A program made the translations under genes and the position numbers. A DNA stretch of 63,988 nucleotides, the filler included, from Octopus bimaculoides (taxonomy: Eukaryota): the NCBI RefSeq assembly GCF_001194135.2. It is 5 parts of 5 records of this genome, joined end to end, with 100 filler letters (N's around TTAATTAATTAA, not from the genome) between each part and the next. Parts side by side here need not be neighbours in the genome. Positions count along the whole stretch, not along the records: positions 46,240 to 62,165 come from NC_068984.1; positions 62,266 to 63,988 come from NC_068986.1; 3 more parts are not named here. The stretch is one strand, 5' to 3'. Every line of letters starts with the position of its first letter. The stretch's first letter is position 1. Below the pieces are notes generated by a model. The model was not told where the DNA came from, did no database searches, and was given only the letters and a program-made list of their open reading frames with translations. Of this stretch, positions 61,361-63,988 are shown piece by piece.

Positions 61361-62369
61361 TTTATAAAACCTCTCTGAGGACAGAAACAAAGAAGATTAG
61401 CTGGATTATCCCTCTTTAACAGTTCACAGCGATGCTGTATTTGTAGTCGCTATTTTTAGGGGCTTTATTTAATCGGATACATCGATTTGCATAAATGACG
61501 CATTCTTGGTACCTTGCTCGATTAATGTAATATTGATGCATTATCAGTGTTCTTTTTTTGATGCCAAGGAGTAGTACTGAATAAATCTATAGATTTCGAC
61601 CAACAGTGTGTAAATAAATTAATTGAACTTAATTAAAAATACCATGTAAGTCGCAAATGAAAATAATGAATCAACTGAACTAGTGTCAGTCATCGGAGTT
61701 TCCGTGGTGATTTTGTTTTTGTGGTTTTTTGTATAAAAACGTCAGATTTTCATAGACTGAATTTTCTGCCAAAAAATTGTCTTTTATGAAAATCTTGACG
61801 CTTTTTAAGCAAAACTGTAACAAAAACGTTATTAAAAATTCAGTTATAAAATCGTAAAATTCGAAGTATTATTAAAAAAAAAAAAAAAAAAAAATTCAGA
61901 TTTACAAAAAGTATACGCGAACTTTATATTTTATTCAATATTCAGATTCAAATTTAATAACAGTAAAACTTATGCACTTTGTTGAAATTTATATTTATAT
62001 TGGTGAGAATAAAAAAAATACAAAACAAAAACACCTACATCTCAGGAGATGAAGGAATATATGACTTTATGCTTATAGTACATAATGTGCAGGTGTGGAT
62101 ATGTAGTAAGAAGTTTGCTTTCAAATTACATGATCCCGGCGTTTAATCTTACGGTGTGGCACCTTNNNNNNNNNNNNNNNNNNNNNNNNNNNNNNNNNNN
62201 NNNNNNNNNTTAATTAATTAANNNNNNNNNNNNNNNNNNNNNNNNNNNNNNNNNNNNNNNNNNNNTAATGGGGGAATTCGAGAAGATTTGACTGTTATTT
62301 CCAGCAAATTGTGTGGATCTTCGGTCAATTATCCATGCATGATCCTTTCATCTTTTTACTTGTTTCCCT

Positions 62370-62705
62370 TATACTCTTTTACTCTTTTACTTGTTTCAGT
62401 CATTTGACTGTGGCCATGCTGGAGTGCCACCTTTAGTCGAGCAAATCGATCGCAAGACTTGTTCTTTGAAAGCCTAGTACTTATTCTATCGGTGTCTTTT
62501 GCCGAACCGCTAAGTTACGGGGACTTAAACACACTAGCATCGATTGTCAAGCGATGCTGGGGGGACAAAAATAGACACACAGACATACACACACACACAC
62601 AAACATACACACACACACACATACATATAAATATATACATGTATACGACGAGCTTCTTTCAGTTTCCGTCTACCAAATCCATTCACAAGGCTTTGGTCGG
62701 CCCGT
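62370..62705 (-). mobile_element. Modular SINE (A tail + hinge + truncated B head)
   Basis: ttttacttgtttcagtcatttgactgtggccatgctggag...tacgacgagcttctttcagtttccgtctaccaaatcc. Confidence 0.82.
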
Positions 62706-63988
62706 CTATTTTATCGTTTACTTGCTTCGGTAAACCGTCCCTCTTTAAGTTTTTAAGATTATTCTGCCACGCTCTTTTGTCGAAAAGGCTGATGTTACGG
62801 GGGCGTAAACAAACCACCACTGGTTGTCAACAGTGGTGGCAGTAGTTGTGGACAAATACAAACACAGACACACATATACATACACACATATGTACATGCA
62901 TGCATTCATGCACATATACAAACATAGCACGGGTTTCCACCCAATTTCCGTCAACCATATTCACTCACAAGACATTAGTCGGCCCGGGGCTATAAAAGAA
63001 GGTACCACACAGTGAGTCCGAAACCGAAAGGAAATAGTTGCAAAGCTCGCTATTTCTTAACCACACAGTCAAGCCTGCATCTATCTAGAACTATTATTTA
63101 ATATATAGTTCATTTATGTATTTTTTAAAATGGCGGAGTATGATTCGAGTCAGATTTAGCAGCTATCATATTTCTAACTGGTTATGTGACCAACATAAAA
63201 CTTCCTTCGCTGGCTTCTTCGTTTGTAGGAATATTGAGTACATTAATAGCATCGGAAATCTAGAAAAATCTAGAAAAGTACTCTTAATAGTCGACCTTTC
63301 AGAAAAGCGATAGTGAATAAATATACACGATAAAGCCACAACGAACTGGTTTTCTTCGTTCAAATCAACATTATTTATTAATTTCTTCCTTCGTGTTCGA
63401 TGCTAAATCTGGAATCAAAGCCACTATATGATTATACGTAAATGGTTGTTATAAATAGTCTCGGAATGCCTACATTTTAGCAGACGTTCTTGTAATAATA
63501 AAAATAAAGTTTATATTCTTTGAATTCTCTCCTAGGTAATATCTGGTCTCTTTTTACTACTAGTAAAATATAACAAAAAAACAGCGAAATAAATACGCTT
63601 TGGTCGTTGTTGCTGTGATAGCAATAGTAGTAGTAGTGGTGGTGGTGGTAATGCTTCACATACATTCAGTTACTGTTCTGTGTTTCACCTCATAAAAAAA
63701 AAGAATTTAAGGAAAAACAGCAAAAACAAAACAAACAAAAAAAAAATGGAAGAAAATAAAAGAAAAAGAAAAAAAGCATCTTATGGAATATGTATTTGAA
63801 GTCAGAAATAAATAAAAAAGAAAAATAAGTGAATAATTAAAAAAAAAGAGTCGTGAACATCTAAGAAGGAATATATCATCATCATCATCATCATCATCAT
63901 CATAATCATCATCGTCGTCGTCGTTGTTGTCGTCGTCGTCGTCATCACCATCATCATCCTCGTCAATCATCCTCCCCTTCTCCTTCTC

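Noticed and set aside
61391-61401. AGAAGATTAGC match to U6 snRNA (TUT1 substrate)
   Set aside because: Only 11 nt, flanks do not match U6, and it lies in a different scaffold block from TUT1.
15819-63970. Many long ORFs of poly-YI, poly-HT/CV, poly-SL/ER, poly-D/M/I or X
   Set aside because: Translations of (AT)n, (CA)n, (GA)n, (CAT)n microsatellites and N gaps, open only because these repeats lack stops.

Overview
AT-rich, microsatellite- and SINE-dense animal genomic DNA with many N gaps. The repeat landscape looks like an octopus/coleoid cephalopod, which is an inference rather than a database match. The window is not one contiguous locus: four identical 100-bp artificial spacers (44 N + TTAATTAATTAA + 44 N) split it into about five ~15-16 kb blocks. 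Block 1 holds the only gene I can support, eight GT-AG coding exons (488-10851, +) that splice in frame to 732 aa of a non-canonical poly(A)/terminal uridylyl transferase, most likely TUT1/Star-PAP, with its 5' exons outside the window. The rest is mobile DNA: (i) at least three tRNA-headed SINE types, including a modular SINE hinged on an internal microsatellite and a ~7-copy head-to-tail/nested SINE stack; (ii) RTE-clade LINE fragments; (iii) an R4/Dong-like retrotransposon next to (TAA)n, interrupted by a promoter-bearing element with two hammerhead-ribozyme-like motifs (Penelope pseudo-LTR/retrozyme-like); (iv) Tc1/mariner derivatives; (v) two long foldback palindromes; (vi) a U2 snRNA 5' fragment. 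The most interesting candidates are the hammerhead/promoter cassette, the self-nesting SINE stack and the foldbacks. Ribozyme calls are hand-made motif fits to decayed copies and are unverified. Most ORFs in the supplied track are microsatellite or N artefacts.
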